NCBI GenBank assembly: GCA_002256025.1
Contig: NKIB01015426.1
Coordinates: forward strand, 1-35,989
From: Asterionella formosa
Taxonomy: Eukaryota
Direction: 5' to 3'
Length of the DNA stretch: 35,989 nt
The notes beneath the pieces were generated by a model that ran no database searches, was not told where the DNA came from, and worked only from the letters and a program-made list of their open reading frames with translations. Positions 10,857 to 21,151 of this stretch are shown in pieces. The position numbers were made by a program, and so were the translations under genes. The number at the start of each line of letters is the position of its first letter. Positions within the stretch are counted from its first letter, which is position 1.

Positions 10857-12720
10857 CTATTTCATCAAATTCTTGGCCCATGTCCTGGGAACATTGTTAT
10901 AATCAATTTGCCCATGTTTGTCTTCCATTTCTTTCAATTGTTCATGCACTACATTGTTGTCAACTGCCTTCCGAAAATTCTTGACAACATCAAATGACAC
11001 ACATCCTGCATTCTTCGCTTTGTCAAGGAGGGCACATGCTACACCATTTCTTTCATTTCCATTTGGCATCAGGTATGCAGTGGCTTGCATGAGTCGATCA
11101 AACGTCATGGCATCGGGGACCAATCCATCCAATAATAATGCTTTGTTCATGGCAAATGCTATTTTCAATGCAACCGTCTGTTGTTTGTCATCACCACAAC
11201 ATCTAGAACATGCATCAATGGCAGAATTGTACACCAAAAGAGATGGTTTGCAATTTTCATCACCATTGGTTTCAAACTGTTGTTTCATATTCCTTACCAA
11301 TGTCAAGACGCGTGTGGCCTTGGTGGGATCTTGCGATCGGGCCCAACATGTACATAGGGCAGCATAGGTTCGCTGATTGGGTTTCATTTCTGTAGAGGAT
11401 CCATCCAACATTTCTTGCAAGAGTTCTTCACCCCGCACAGCCGCCTTATCTGATTTGGTCTTGCTCCATGCTGAGATGAGGGATGTGTACGTTCGTACAT
11501 TGGGCAGTAGTTTTTCCAACTTTTGTTGGCTATACAATTCCTTGAGTTCTGTCAAGAGTGATTCTGCTTGCAAGGTCGACTTGACAACTCCACATCGTCC
11601 AAAAATATCGATCATGATAGAATATGTGAATGCATCTGGTTGTTGATCTGAGTCTTGTGTTTGTGCAAATCGTTCTTTTTCCTGTTGTAACAACTCATGT
11701 GCTTCCGTTGCCAAGGCTATCATATCATTTTTATCTTGTAATTTGGAAATGTGCTTTGCATATGCGCTCAAGAGAGAATTAAAGGTTCGAATATTTTTCA
11801 CCAAATTGGCTGATACCATGTGCTTATATATTTGCTGGAGTCGTCTTAGTGCATCTGGATCTTGGGATTGCGACCATGCTTCCAAAATCCCATGATATGA
11901 ATAGGCATCTGGCGTCAAAGTGTCATGCTCCAAGAGTTTCCGCAATAGCCGTTCGGCTGTGTGTGGAGCATCCTTATCATTGGATTTGGCCCATGCGTCT
12001 ATAGGATGTGTGTGTGTGTGTTTGTATGTATTTATGTATGAGAGAGAGTTGAAAAAGATGTGAGACCAGGGAAAGAAGTAATGCCAACATATCCCATCCA
12101 TTCCTGCTGAATCTTATTCGCTATTACATAAAAACATGTTTTCGTCGCACGTGCTTATACTGACCTATTACGACATTGTAACTTGTAGTTTCTGTCAGGT
12201 CCTTGTCTGATTGTAGTAATATCTTGGTGACATGTTCTGCGGCATCTCTCGCTGTATAAACGGCAATTGCCGCTGCAGGTGTCAGCATCCTACTACTACT
12301 GATATTCCCGGCAGCGATAGAATTTGTCAATAACGTGGCAGGTTCTTGTGTGCCATCCGCTAAAATGGCAGTCGTCTTTTGCCACACCTTCAAGAGCATA
12401 TTGAGCGAGTGAGTCGATTTGTTCGATTGAGCATGATACAGTTGTTCGACTTGCGATGCGATGAAGATAACATTTCTTCCTGGTTTGCATTTGGACGAAA
12501 GATGATCCATTTCTGCTTCTATGTTGCGGTCGCTTCGTTGCGTCGGTTCTTCTCCAATTGCGGAGGTGGCGCTGGTGGAGAACAATGGCAGTAGCGGTTG
12601 TCGCAAGGACAGCGGGGACGGTTGGATCACAAAGGCGCTCAATGTCGGAATCCTCCAAGACGAGGCGACAACCAAGAGAAGCGCAGTGGCAGATGCTGTT
12701 AGACGGAGCGCACTTGGCAT
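10857..12720 (-). CDS. Pentatricopeptide repeat (PPR) protein, predicted plastid-targeted; 2 exons (12720-12165, 11998-10857), 565 aa
   Basis: Splicing the GT..AG intron 12164-11999 rebuilds the PPR motif TTSYNVVIDAWAKS. Further motifs: PDAYSYHGILEAWSQS, NIRTFNSLLSAYAK, PDAFTYSIMIDIFGRC, PNVRTYTSLISAWSKT, PNQRTYAALCTCWARS, PSLLVYNSAIDACSRC. The N-terminal signal peptide ends LSA|FVIQP (ASAFAP-like). Confidence 0.92.
11999..12164 (-). other. Spliceosomal intron of the PPR gene (166 bp; contains a short CA/TG microsatellite)
   Basis: Donor ATAG|GTCAGT and acceptor CCTATAG|AC on the minus strand. The phase-1 junction keeps the frame. Confidence 0.85.
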
Positions 12721-13809
12721 GATGGAGCGTGTGATACGACTTAGGATTCTGTCTCGGCTTGCAATCTAACGATTATATGATGTTTTGCTTTTGATGTGGT
12801 GAATGTCAAAGTTGTGTTCTTTCGAAAAACTCACTGCCACGACAAATGGACTTTTTCTTTTCGTTTTGCCGACATCAAAGAAATCAAGTCTTCTTACCCG
12901 TATATACACACATATGAATACTGGTATTTATTACCTAGTTGATGGTTCCCAAATTGAAGATACCGTATCATGACTACCGGGTAATGTATCAGGTATTACA
13001 ATGATTTTGATGATACACAAAATATGGTACTGTATCTACAATATACGTAAAGTGGACCTCGTCGAATATATATATTCATCTTATGAATAGAGTTCAGTAT
13101 CACGTTTTTCGACACCAGGAACAACAATACAACAATGGAAGGTCCATTATTTATTTGATATACGAGGTCAGCTTTTCCCAGGTCATTTATGTGCCTGTGG
13201 TACATACCAGTACGGAGTACCGGTAACAGGTAGGAGTACCGGTACATAGGAAGAGGATCAAGAAGACACGCATATCTGGGTTCTTTCCAAGTTCCCGTTA
13301 CATACAAACAAGGTAATACAGCATATCTGCAAACAAAGAAGGGGTTGTCTCGCAACCAATCATACTTAACATGGATGAAAACCGATACTGGTCGTAGCTA
13401 TTCCTACTTCACACAGTGCGTCTACTAATGGTTGGTTTTGGCGAGATTGGGTTATAGGTCAGCGAAAAAATACGTACTACATTTTCAGCAATCCATTGCA
13501 CGGTAGATAACTGGCGGTGTGTCCGCGAGGAATGAAATGAACATGAAATGATGGCTGTGGTCGAGAGGAGCTGAAAACCTCCTGTGAAAATAATTTGCAT
13601 GTACCGCCGGTATATTGAGTGATGTTACATACCGGCAGTACCGGTATCCTCCTCTCTACCGGTAGTGATGATTGGCCATTCATATACGGATTAGTCAAAA
13701 ATATACGGTAGTATATCTTCATCCCTGCAATCGACATGCCAGCATAGAAGAAGTTGAATGAATGAGCTGATAAGATTGATCATATTTGAATGGCACGAAG
13801 ACGATTAAA

Positions 13810-15951
13810 ATGAGGCTTCTATCATTGGTTGCCCTTGGTGGAGTATTACAATTGCTGGACTGCCCAGGCCCTGTCGCCGTTTATGCTTTTTCCTACACAT
13901 GGACCATCAACACAGGACAACAACGACAAGCGCAACTACATAATCGCTATCGGTATTACGGGTCTACTACTGAGAATCGGTATGCCACTCGACGACACAA
14001 GTCATCAGAAAAGGGTTCTACTACTGATGAACATGACGATGTAAATGGTACCACACCAAAGTTCAGCAAATTGATTGACGAATCAACCACACTCATAACT
14101 CCATTACCAGAGTACTTAAAGGAACAATCATCAGAGCCAATTTCGGTATCGCCGCTACTGTTGCAGCAGCAGCAGCAACAACAGGATAATATAGCCATCT
14201 CAACACAGCAATTGTTGCGTCAACAACAAGAACAAATAGAGTTACTCATCAAAACCCTACAAAGTCAAGCAGCTACAACGCCAGTGACTCCAATAACTAC
14301 TACAATAACAAACTCCATCCCACCCCTCAAGGTCATGCTATTCATCGATGGAACGTGGTTGTATTATAGTATCTTCGAGCGACCCAAAAAGGCATGTCCA
14401 ATTTCTCAGCAATACGATACGGCCAGCCGTCCATGGTATACAACACATAAAGTGGATTGGGCTGCCATACCATCCCTTGTGGCGGAATGCTTGACACAAC
14501 AAGAACAAAAGAGTGGCTGGACACAACAACCGCGGACCGTTAGCATTGAACGTGCCTTTTGCTTTACATCCTACAAGAAAGACACATCTCCAACATCCAA
14601 TCGGGTGCGAATGTTTGAAGATATGAAAGATGCCAATTATGATGTGTTCATTATGGATACCATGGGACCAGGGGAGAAATGCGTCGATATTCAATTGGCG
14701 GTAGAAATGATGCACTATGCCACAATACCTGATGCCTACGATGTAGCCGTCTTGATTAGTGGCGACAAAGACTTTTTACCTGCACTTCTCAGGACTCGAC
14801 AAAAGGCACGGAATGTGGCACTAGTCAGTATGAGAACTGCCTGCAATCGGGCCTTATATGAAACACCAAATGCATTGGATTATGATGTTATTTGGATGGA
14901 AGACTACATTGACCGATGGGTAGTCGAGAAGGATGAGAATAAAGGAGAAGGGGATGTGACAGAAGCTTTAGTTTCTTCATTTACAATACTCAAGGTCATT
15001 TATGACTATATTGCAAATTCTGGGATGCAAAAAGTGTCATCAAGAGATATTGGAAGATATTTGAAGTCAATGGAGATTGGATCACCTGGGAAAGAGGCAT
15101 CTTTGCTGGATCAAGTCAAAATTCTTGGCGGTGGTCTCTTTCGCTTTCTAGTCTATCACAAGGAATATTTTGAGGTGACTCGAAGATCTCCGAAAGAAGA
15201 AAAGGCTGGCTTGCGCAACGATGCTGGTGATCGAGCGTTTGGAGTCTTCCTTAATCCGTTTGCGGGACTATATTTGGCGAAAGAAGAAAAGGAAGCAAAG
15301 CTTTCTAAGCTAGAAACTGACTTTTTCGAAAGTTATAATTTGGACAGACTGCGCGACAAAGACGAAGAATACCCTCTTTCCAGAACAATGCTTATGGATC
15401 CTAAGAACTCAAGAGGAGATACGTTCAAGACAAACCAAGGAATTATCCATTCGCATCATGATGTTGCAGGGGCGGTGGAAGCATCAATTGGTTTACCCAT
15501 GGACGAAACAGATTATTCAAAATTTACTATTGTCAATCTCAAGGAATTATGTCGTGAACGGGGTCTTAAAGTTACTGGCAGCAAAGCCATATTAGTGGAG
15601 CGAATTATTCAAGACAATATCATGAAAGTACAAGCCCAGAATCTTACTCCGAAACCAATTCGAGGTTCCACTATCAATCATGAATCACAGATCCAAGATA
15701 CACCCGAGTCTCGATTGTTTATTGCTCAAATAAACGAATATTTGACAGCATCTGGAGGTGAAGCAAGCTCACGTGATGTGGGTAGATATCTAGCTGCTGC
15801 ACCTGGATTGCGCGGAAGGGGCACCTCAGCTTTGACCGAACTTAAGGAAGCCTTTGTGAGCCTTCGAGCTTTTGTTGACGGCAACCAAGCGCATTTCTAT
15901 CGAGCAGAATGTGATTTGATTTATGAGTTCAGAATAGGTATCCAAAAGTAA
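13810..15951 (+). CDS. NYN-domain (LabA/DUF88-like PIN-fold) ribonuclease with SAP domain and two repeated SSRD(I/V)GRYL wHTH/LOTUS-like modules; predicted plastid-targeted; 713 aa
   Basis: Intact ORF. NYN motifs VMLFIDGTW, EKCVDIQLAVEM and DVAVLISGDKDFLPALLRTRQKARNVALVS. SAP motif YSKFTIVNLKELCRERGLKVTGSKAILVERI. Hydrophobic N-terminus ending VYA|FSY. First ATG at 13810. Confidence 0.9.
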   Translation: MRLLSLVALGGVLQLLDCPGPVAVYAFSYTWTINTGQQRQAQLHNRYRYYGSTTENRYATRRHKSSEKGSTTDEHDDVNGTTPKFSKLIDESTTLITPLPEYLKEQSSEPISVSPLLLQQQQQQQDNIAISTQQLLRQQQEQIELLIKTLQSQAATTPVTPITTTITNSIPPLKVMLFIDGTWLYYSIFERPKKACPISQQYDTASRPWYTTHKVDWAAIPSLVAECLTQQEQKSGWTQQPRTVSIERAFCFTSYKKDTSPTSNRVRMFEDMKDANYDVFIMDTMGPGEKCVDIQLAVEMMHYATIPDAYDVAVLISGDKDFLPALLRTRQKARNVALVSMRTACNRALYETPNALDYDVIWMEDYIDRWVVEKDENKGEGDVTEALVSSFTILKVIYDYIANSGMQKVSSRDIGRYLKSMEIGSPGKEASLLDQVKILGGGLFRFLVYHKEYFEVTRRSPKEEKAGLRNDAGDRAFGVFLNPFAGLYLAKEEKEAKLSKLETDFFESYNLDRLRDKDEEYPLSRTMLMDPKNSRGDTFKTNQGIIHSHHDVAGAVEASIGLPMDETDYSKFTIVNLKELCRERGLKVTGSKAILVERIIQDNIMKVQAQNLTPKPIRGSTINHESQIQDTPESRLFIAQINEYLTASGGEASSRDVGRYLAAAPGLRGRGTSALTELKEAFVSLRAFVDGNQAHFYRAECDLIYEFRIGIQK

Positions 15952-16036
15952 GGTGAGACAAAGTTATTTCCATGAGAGAAAACGATAAACTTGAGGTATC
16001 ACCTAAAAACTGAGAGTCATTTAAGGTTTACCCTAT

Positions 16037-16431
16037 NNNNNNNNNNNNNNNNNNNNNNNNNNNNNNNNNNNNNNNNNNNNNNNNNNNNNNNNNNNNNNNN
16101 NNNNNNNNNNNNNNNNNNNNNNNNNNNNNNNNNNNNNNNNNNNNNNNNNNNNNNNNNNNNNNNNNNNNNNNNNNNNNNNNNNNNNNNNNNNNNNNNNNNN
16201 NNNNNNNNNNNNNNNNNNNNNNNNNNNNNNNNNNNNNNNNNNNNNNNNNNNNNNNNNNNNNNNNNNNNNNNNNNNNNNNNNNNNNNNNNNNNNNNNNNNN
16301 NNNNNNNNNNNNNNNNNNNNNNNNNNNNNNNNNNNNNNNNNNNNNNNNNNNNNNNNNNNNNNNNNNNNNNNNNNNNNNNNNNNNNNNNNNNNNNNNNNNN
16401 NNNNNNNNNNNNNNNNNNNNNNNNNNNNNNN
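16037..16431. other. Assembly gap (N run)
   Basis: Run of N. Confidence 1.
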
Positions 16432-16589
16432 CTAAATCAATGATCATTCATTTTCATGCATTATCCCTTTCATAATATTCAGTTTGCCTCTTAATTCTCA
16501 TATTATTTAAGTTTTTCTGTCAATAGTCATATTAGTGCTTATTTTGATTTTGCTTTCTCTATATAGATTTATGTAGGAAATGTTTACGT

Positions 16590-17064
16590 TCATCACAACT
16601 AATGCGCATACATCTGGCTTCTGGTAATAGTATGACAGATGTCAGCCAACCTTTTGTTCATTCTTATGATCAGATTTTTTGTTGCTCGGCTTCTGCCTCC
16701 ACCCGGTCCTCTCCTCTCCTCTCACTCTTTCTATTCTTCCTCGCCAGTACCCACTGCATCTGAAGGCATTGATAGAACATCAATTTTCCCTTTTGTGTCA
16801 GCCACATCGGCACCAGCCAAAGGAAGATAGAGAATAGAGATGAAAGCCTCAACAGTTGTGGTCCGCCATTGTGGTTCTCACTGGTGGCCTCTCCTTGGCA
16901 TGGTGAGGTCTCACCCAAGCAAGTAAGTAAAACTTGTTTTGTTTGTGGTACTTGCAAATGGCCACTTCTTCAAAACCATTGCACAAGGATCTTGATCTCA
17001 GTAACTGATAATATATGGACTGCTCAGGCTTGTTTTCTGGTGTGATAGAAATAAATAGAATCAT
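16590..17064 (-). pseudogene. Degraded ORF divergent from the Harbinger transposase; possibly the element's second (Myb/SANT-like) gene
   Basis: Coding-like, charged fragments in shifting frames (e.g. GTGEEE*KE*EERRGPGGGRSRATK). The assignment rests on position only. Confidence 0.25.
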
Positions 17065-17429
17065 TCAATTGCTGGGGTGGTTCCCTCACCACTGCCTTGG
17101 CAGGGGCAAGATCAATAGGAGTATAAAAGTCACTGGTCACAATTGTGGAAAGGGAAGCAAAAGGTGCTGGTGTTACTACCACCACTGAGAACATGCTGGT
17201 TGATGCTGGTCATACTAGTACAAGTAGAGTAAATTTCATTAAAAACGGACGAAAAAGAAAGACATTGGACGAAGCATGAGCTTAGTAAATTGTATCCCAA
17301 TCCCAATGAGCAAGCAAGGTAGAAAAAAGGCACACAGAGATGCAGACAGCACTCCCTCATCCTCAACAAGACAAACAGAAAGAAGACCAAAAAGTCCTCC
17401 AGGTACACCAAAGACAATGAACATGGACT

Positions 17430-18560
17430 CTTCAACTCTGAAAGACTTCGCCTAAATCGATGAGGACAAGCTGGATACCAGTCACTTACATTTGGAGGCA
17501 ACAGTCCTTACAGACAATCAGAAAAAGGGAACCAAAGACATCTTGCCGAGAACGCAAGGATGGTGAATCCGAAAAATTGATGGGCATTCATACTCCAAGC
17601 TCGCAGAGGAAAACCTTAAAGGTAACCCCCAGATTCATAGGAAGTCAGATGAAAGGAAATCTCAGTACTATGCAAATAAAATCGATCGAACGGAAGAGTC
17701 AAATAGTGTCACCTCCATCATGGCCATTATCTGCTTGACCAAAAACTTATCCATCTGTTTATGCCATCACTAAAACATTCCTTGATGTGGTGAACTCCTG
17801 TACAGCATTATCAATAAATTCCCTACAACAAACAAGGAGAAACAAACAGTGATGAATGGATTCCTTGGAAAAAGCGAGCAGCAACTATCTCGTTGATGCA
17901 TTGGTGCTATAGAGGATGGATATTTACAGCCTATTGCTAAACAAAGAAAAAAGATCGTGATGGCTTCCCTCAAGCATAGTATTGTTCTGGGCCTTAAATG
18001 CATGTCATATGGATTGAATGTTCAAGCTGTTTGTGACAGCAATTGTTGTTTCCTATACTTTGGTGTCCTGGCACCAGGAAAATGTCCAGATCAGAAGGTA
18101 ATTGAAAGAACAAAACTTTTTCAGATTGTATCCAACCTTCGTCCAAGACAATACATAGTAGTAGGTGATGCTGCTTACACATTGACTGATCAAGTGCTCT
18201 GTCCACTTTTTGGAAGTCAAAGGGAATCAAAAAAAAGATGCATACAACTGATTGCTTCCTTTCACAACTCCGCATAAGAATTGAGATGATGTTTGGATTG
18301 CTCACCAATAAATGGAGAATCCTGAGGACATCGTTGTCTTTCAGGATGAAGAAATCATCTGCAATTCTTTCTGGTGCTTGTGCCCGCTTACACATTTTTT
18401 GCGTACTCATGGATGATGATAAAAAGAAAGAACTTGCTAATGGAATGGAATTTCTGACTAGTTTGGAGCTGGTTGATCCAATGCCCAATGCTCCTCTTGG
18501 GTGGGCTTATCTTCCAACTGTCAGGAAGTTGGATGTAGTACAACTTGTACTACATCCAAC
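17430..18560 (+). mobile_element. PIF/Harbinger transposase (HARBI1/DDE_Tnp_4-like) pseudogene, 3'-truncated
   Basis: Motifs FPTT, CIGAIEDG, YGLNVQAVCD, FGVLAPG, VGDAAY, LSQLRIRIEMMFGLLTNKWRIL and ACARLHIFC. Frameshifts and stops. It ends at a telomere-repeat tract. Confidence 0.9.
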
Positions 18561-18563
18561 TTA

Positions 18564-18581
18564 AACCCTAACCCTAACCCT
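18564..18581 (-). repeat. Interstitial telomeric repeat (AACCCT)x3
   Basis: AACCCTAACCCTAACCCT directly after the Harbinger coding remnant. Confidence 0.75.
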
Positions 18582-19615
18582 TGATAGTAGTAGGCGAGGA
18601 GACTTCCTTGTTGATTATTCAGGAGGAAAGGGAGCGCCATTTCTTTTCAGATACTTCTTTGGTTCTTTTGATGACTTTTTGTTGTAACTTGTCAAAACCC
18701 TTCGTTGTCAATGCAAAAATCAGTAGGAGTGGTACTTGCAACCCACTGGTCATCCTATTTCCTTGCTGTAGAGCAGGTATCATTGTCTAAAGATTCGAAT
18801 GATGCCATTGCGCAAGTCGTTTACAAGTGATGAAAAGCATTATTAAATTTATAAAATTAGTCTTGCTTAACGCTGTATCTGCAGCGATACACACAGATAC
18901 ACATTTCGGAGCAACAAAAAAATGTGTTGCTGGATGCACCATTTCACCCGGATATGGGCCGAGCAACATTTTTTTGATTTTTGTATCGCTGTTAATGCAG
19001 ATTATACCAAAAATATCAGGCATTATATCCACAAGGGCGTAATGACTTAAAATAAAGTTCACAGAAACAACTCCGCATTGAATTGTTTGAGCACTCAGAC
19101 ATATTTCAACACAACAAGCTGAAAAAGGTAATGGAAACACACAAGACATTAACTGTATCCCACTCAATATTCGGAATTTTATCGGTGATTACTATGTTAG
19201 GAGTATAATATGGTACCATGGCGGTGGAAAATCATATGGCACTGGCAAGACATACAAATGGCTATTCATGCACAAGGGACAGAGATTTCGATTTGGGCAA
19301 GTTGGTCGCAAATTCATGGATTGACAGTGTCCTCTCCCTCAGTTCATGCCACCACCATCAAGAGCAAGAAAGAGGACTACGAAGCGGTCTGCAATGCTGT
19401 CACAAAGATTTACGGAAAGGATATAGCAAATAAGGATTGGACTTGTTCTTTAGTCCGTTTTGTTCCTCTGTCTATGTTAAGGGGGGGGGGGGAATAAAAT
19501 TTTAAAGTATGTTAAATCTCCACATCAAATCGCACTTGGGCCTTAGAGAAACGATTGATGCTACTACTAGACAAGTGCATGCCTCAAATTCATCCTTGGC
19601 CAGCAACCCTTATAG

Positions 19616-19681
19616 TTGGGGTTAGGGTTAGGGTTAGGGTTAGGGTTAGGGTTAGGGTTAGGGTTAGGGTTAGGGTTAGGG
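19616..19681 (+). repeat. Interstitial telomeric repeat TTGGGG(TTAGGG)x10
   Basis: Ten perfect TTAGGG units at 19622-19681. Confidence 0.97.
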
Positions 19682-20230
19682 TATTAATACGATTCTGTCT
19701 GCTATGGACAAGCATCCCTCTGATGCTACTGTGCAGCACTTTGGTTGCGCTGCACTTTGGAACATTGCTGTGATTGAGAACAACCAGGAGACGATTGCAA
19801 AAGAAGGAGGTTCTGTTTTCCATCAAAAGTCATTCATCTAATGCGAATGTACAACACAATGGTTGTGCAGCACTTTGTGACTTGGCTGTGAATGACAACA
19901 ACAAAGTGTTGATTGTTGCAGCAGGAGGTGTCACTGTGATTCTGTCTGCTATGACGAATTATTCATTGAATTCTAATGTGCAATACTATGGTTGTGCAGC
20001 CAGCACTTGGGAAATTGGCTGTGAATTACAACATCACGGTGGCAATTGTGAAAGCAGGAGGTATTGCTACAATTCTGACTGCTATTGATAAGCATTCTTA
20101 TAATGCTGGTGTTCTAGAAAACGGTCTTGCAGCACTTCAGATCTTGTTTGTGAATGCCTACATCATGGTGGCGATTGAGATTACTAAAGCAGGAGGTATC
20201 ATTACTATTCTGGCTGCTATCATTCATCCA
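19680..20230 (+). pseudogene. Armadillo-repeat gene fragment (paralogue of the ARM-kinase at 21152-23991)
   Basis: GINTILSAMDKHPSDATVQHFGCAALWNIAV; HSSNANVQHNGCAALCDLAVNDNNKVLIVAAGGVTVILSAM; AIVKAGGIATILTAIDKH. Frameshifted and 5'-truncated at the telomere tract. Confidence 0.85.
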
Positions 20231-21151
20231 ATAGTGATGATGATTCTTGTAATAGTCATAATGAAACTTTCCATGCCTCTAATTCCTTGTTGAGTTTAAT
20301 CTTCATGTTTTTGAGGCGGCTTGTGTGTCCCTTCTCCCCTATAGTGTACCTGTGGCCGCTGTCGCTGCTGCTCTTTCCAAGCCTTGACTATTGCGAAGTG
20401 GTGGGTCGCCCTGAAGCCCAGATTGTCAGGATTGTAAATGTTGAACAGTGGAGGCTGGCAAGGAGCCCATGTGGCTCTTTGAGTATGGATGAGATTATGT
20501 AATTATTTTGTTGTAATGAAGGCAAGTAGCCCATGAAGCACTTAGAGTATTGTGGAGAAAGTGAGAGAAAATAAGATTGTCATGATTGAGAGAGAAAGTA
20601 AGCAGAGCAGTAGCTAGTAGTAGTTGATAGAGAGCTAAGTTTTTTTCTTCTAAAAACATAGGTCGACAAGGCAGCTTTGAATTAGATTTGGAAAATTAAC
20701 TTGGAAAGCTTTTGAGGCATGGTCTCAGAAGAAAGAAATGGAAGAATATCTTGGATGCTTATGCAGTTCAGTGTGATTCTGAGAGGGTCAAGAGATGTTG
20801 GTCAACATAGAAGACTCAGAGTCTGTCACAGTAGCTAATACAATCTGATGGTCTAAAAATGCAGCTGCAGTAGACTTACATACTATTTATAGGCTCCTGG
20901 CAGCACTCATGAAATGTCTGTTAAATGCTGCTTTGCAAAATCTATACATATCAAACAGTAAATGAAAGGTAAAAGAATTGTAAGTATAAATGTACTTTAA
21001 TTATCCAGACCTGCACAACATAGCCAAAATGTTTTTTCAATTCAAAACATTTGTAGCATTTTCACAGTGGTGACTAATGGTATCATATAAGCCAGAATAA
21101 TAAAATTATGTAATGTAATTTGAATTTGATTTCCGAATCCCCCCCCCCCTC

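Noticed and set aside
12000..12101. N-terminus MDGICWHYFF... of ORF 10857-12101
   Set aside because: It lies inside the PPR intron; the true start is at 12720.
10857..15951. Split PRORP (protein-only RNase P) gene
   Set aside because: The genes are on opposite strands with separate targeting peptides, and the NYN motifs are LabA/DUF88-like. Kept only as a functional analogy.
19555..19826. (VR)n and (LT)n ORFs
   Set aside because: Translations of the telomeric repeat.
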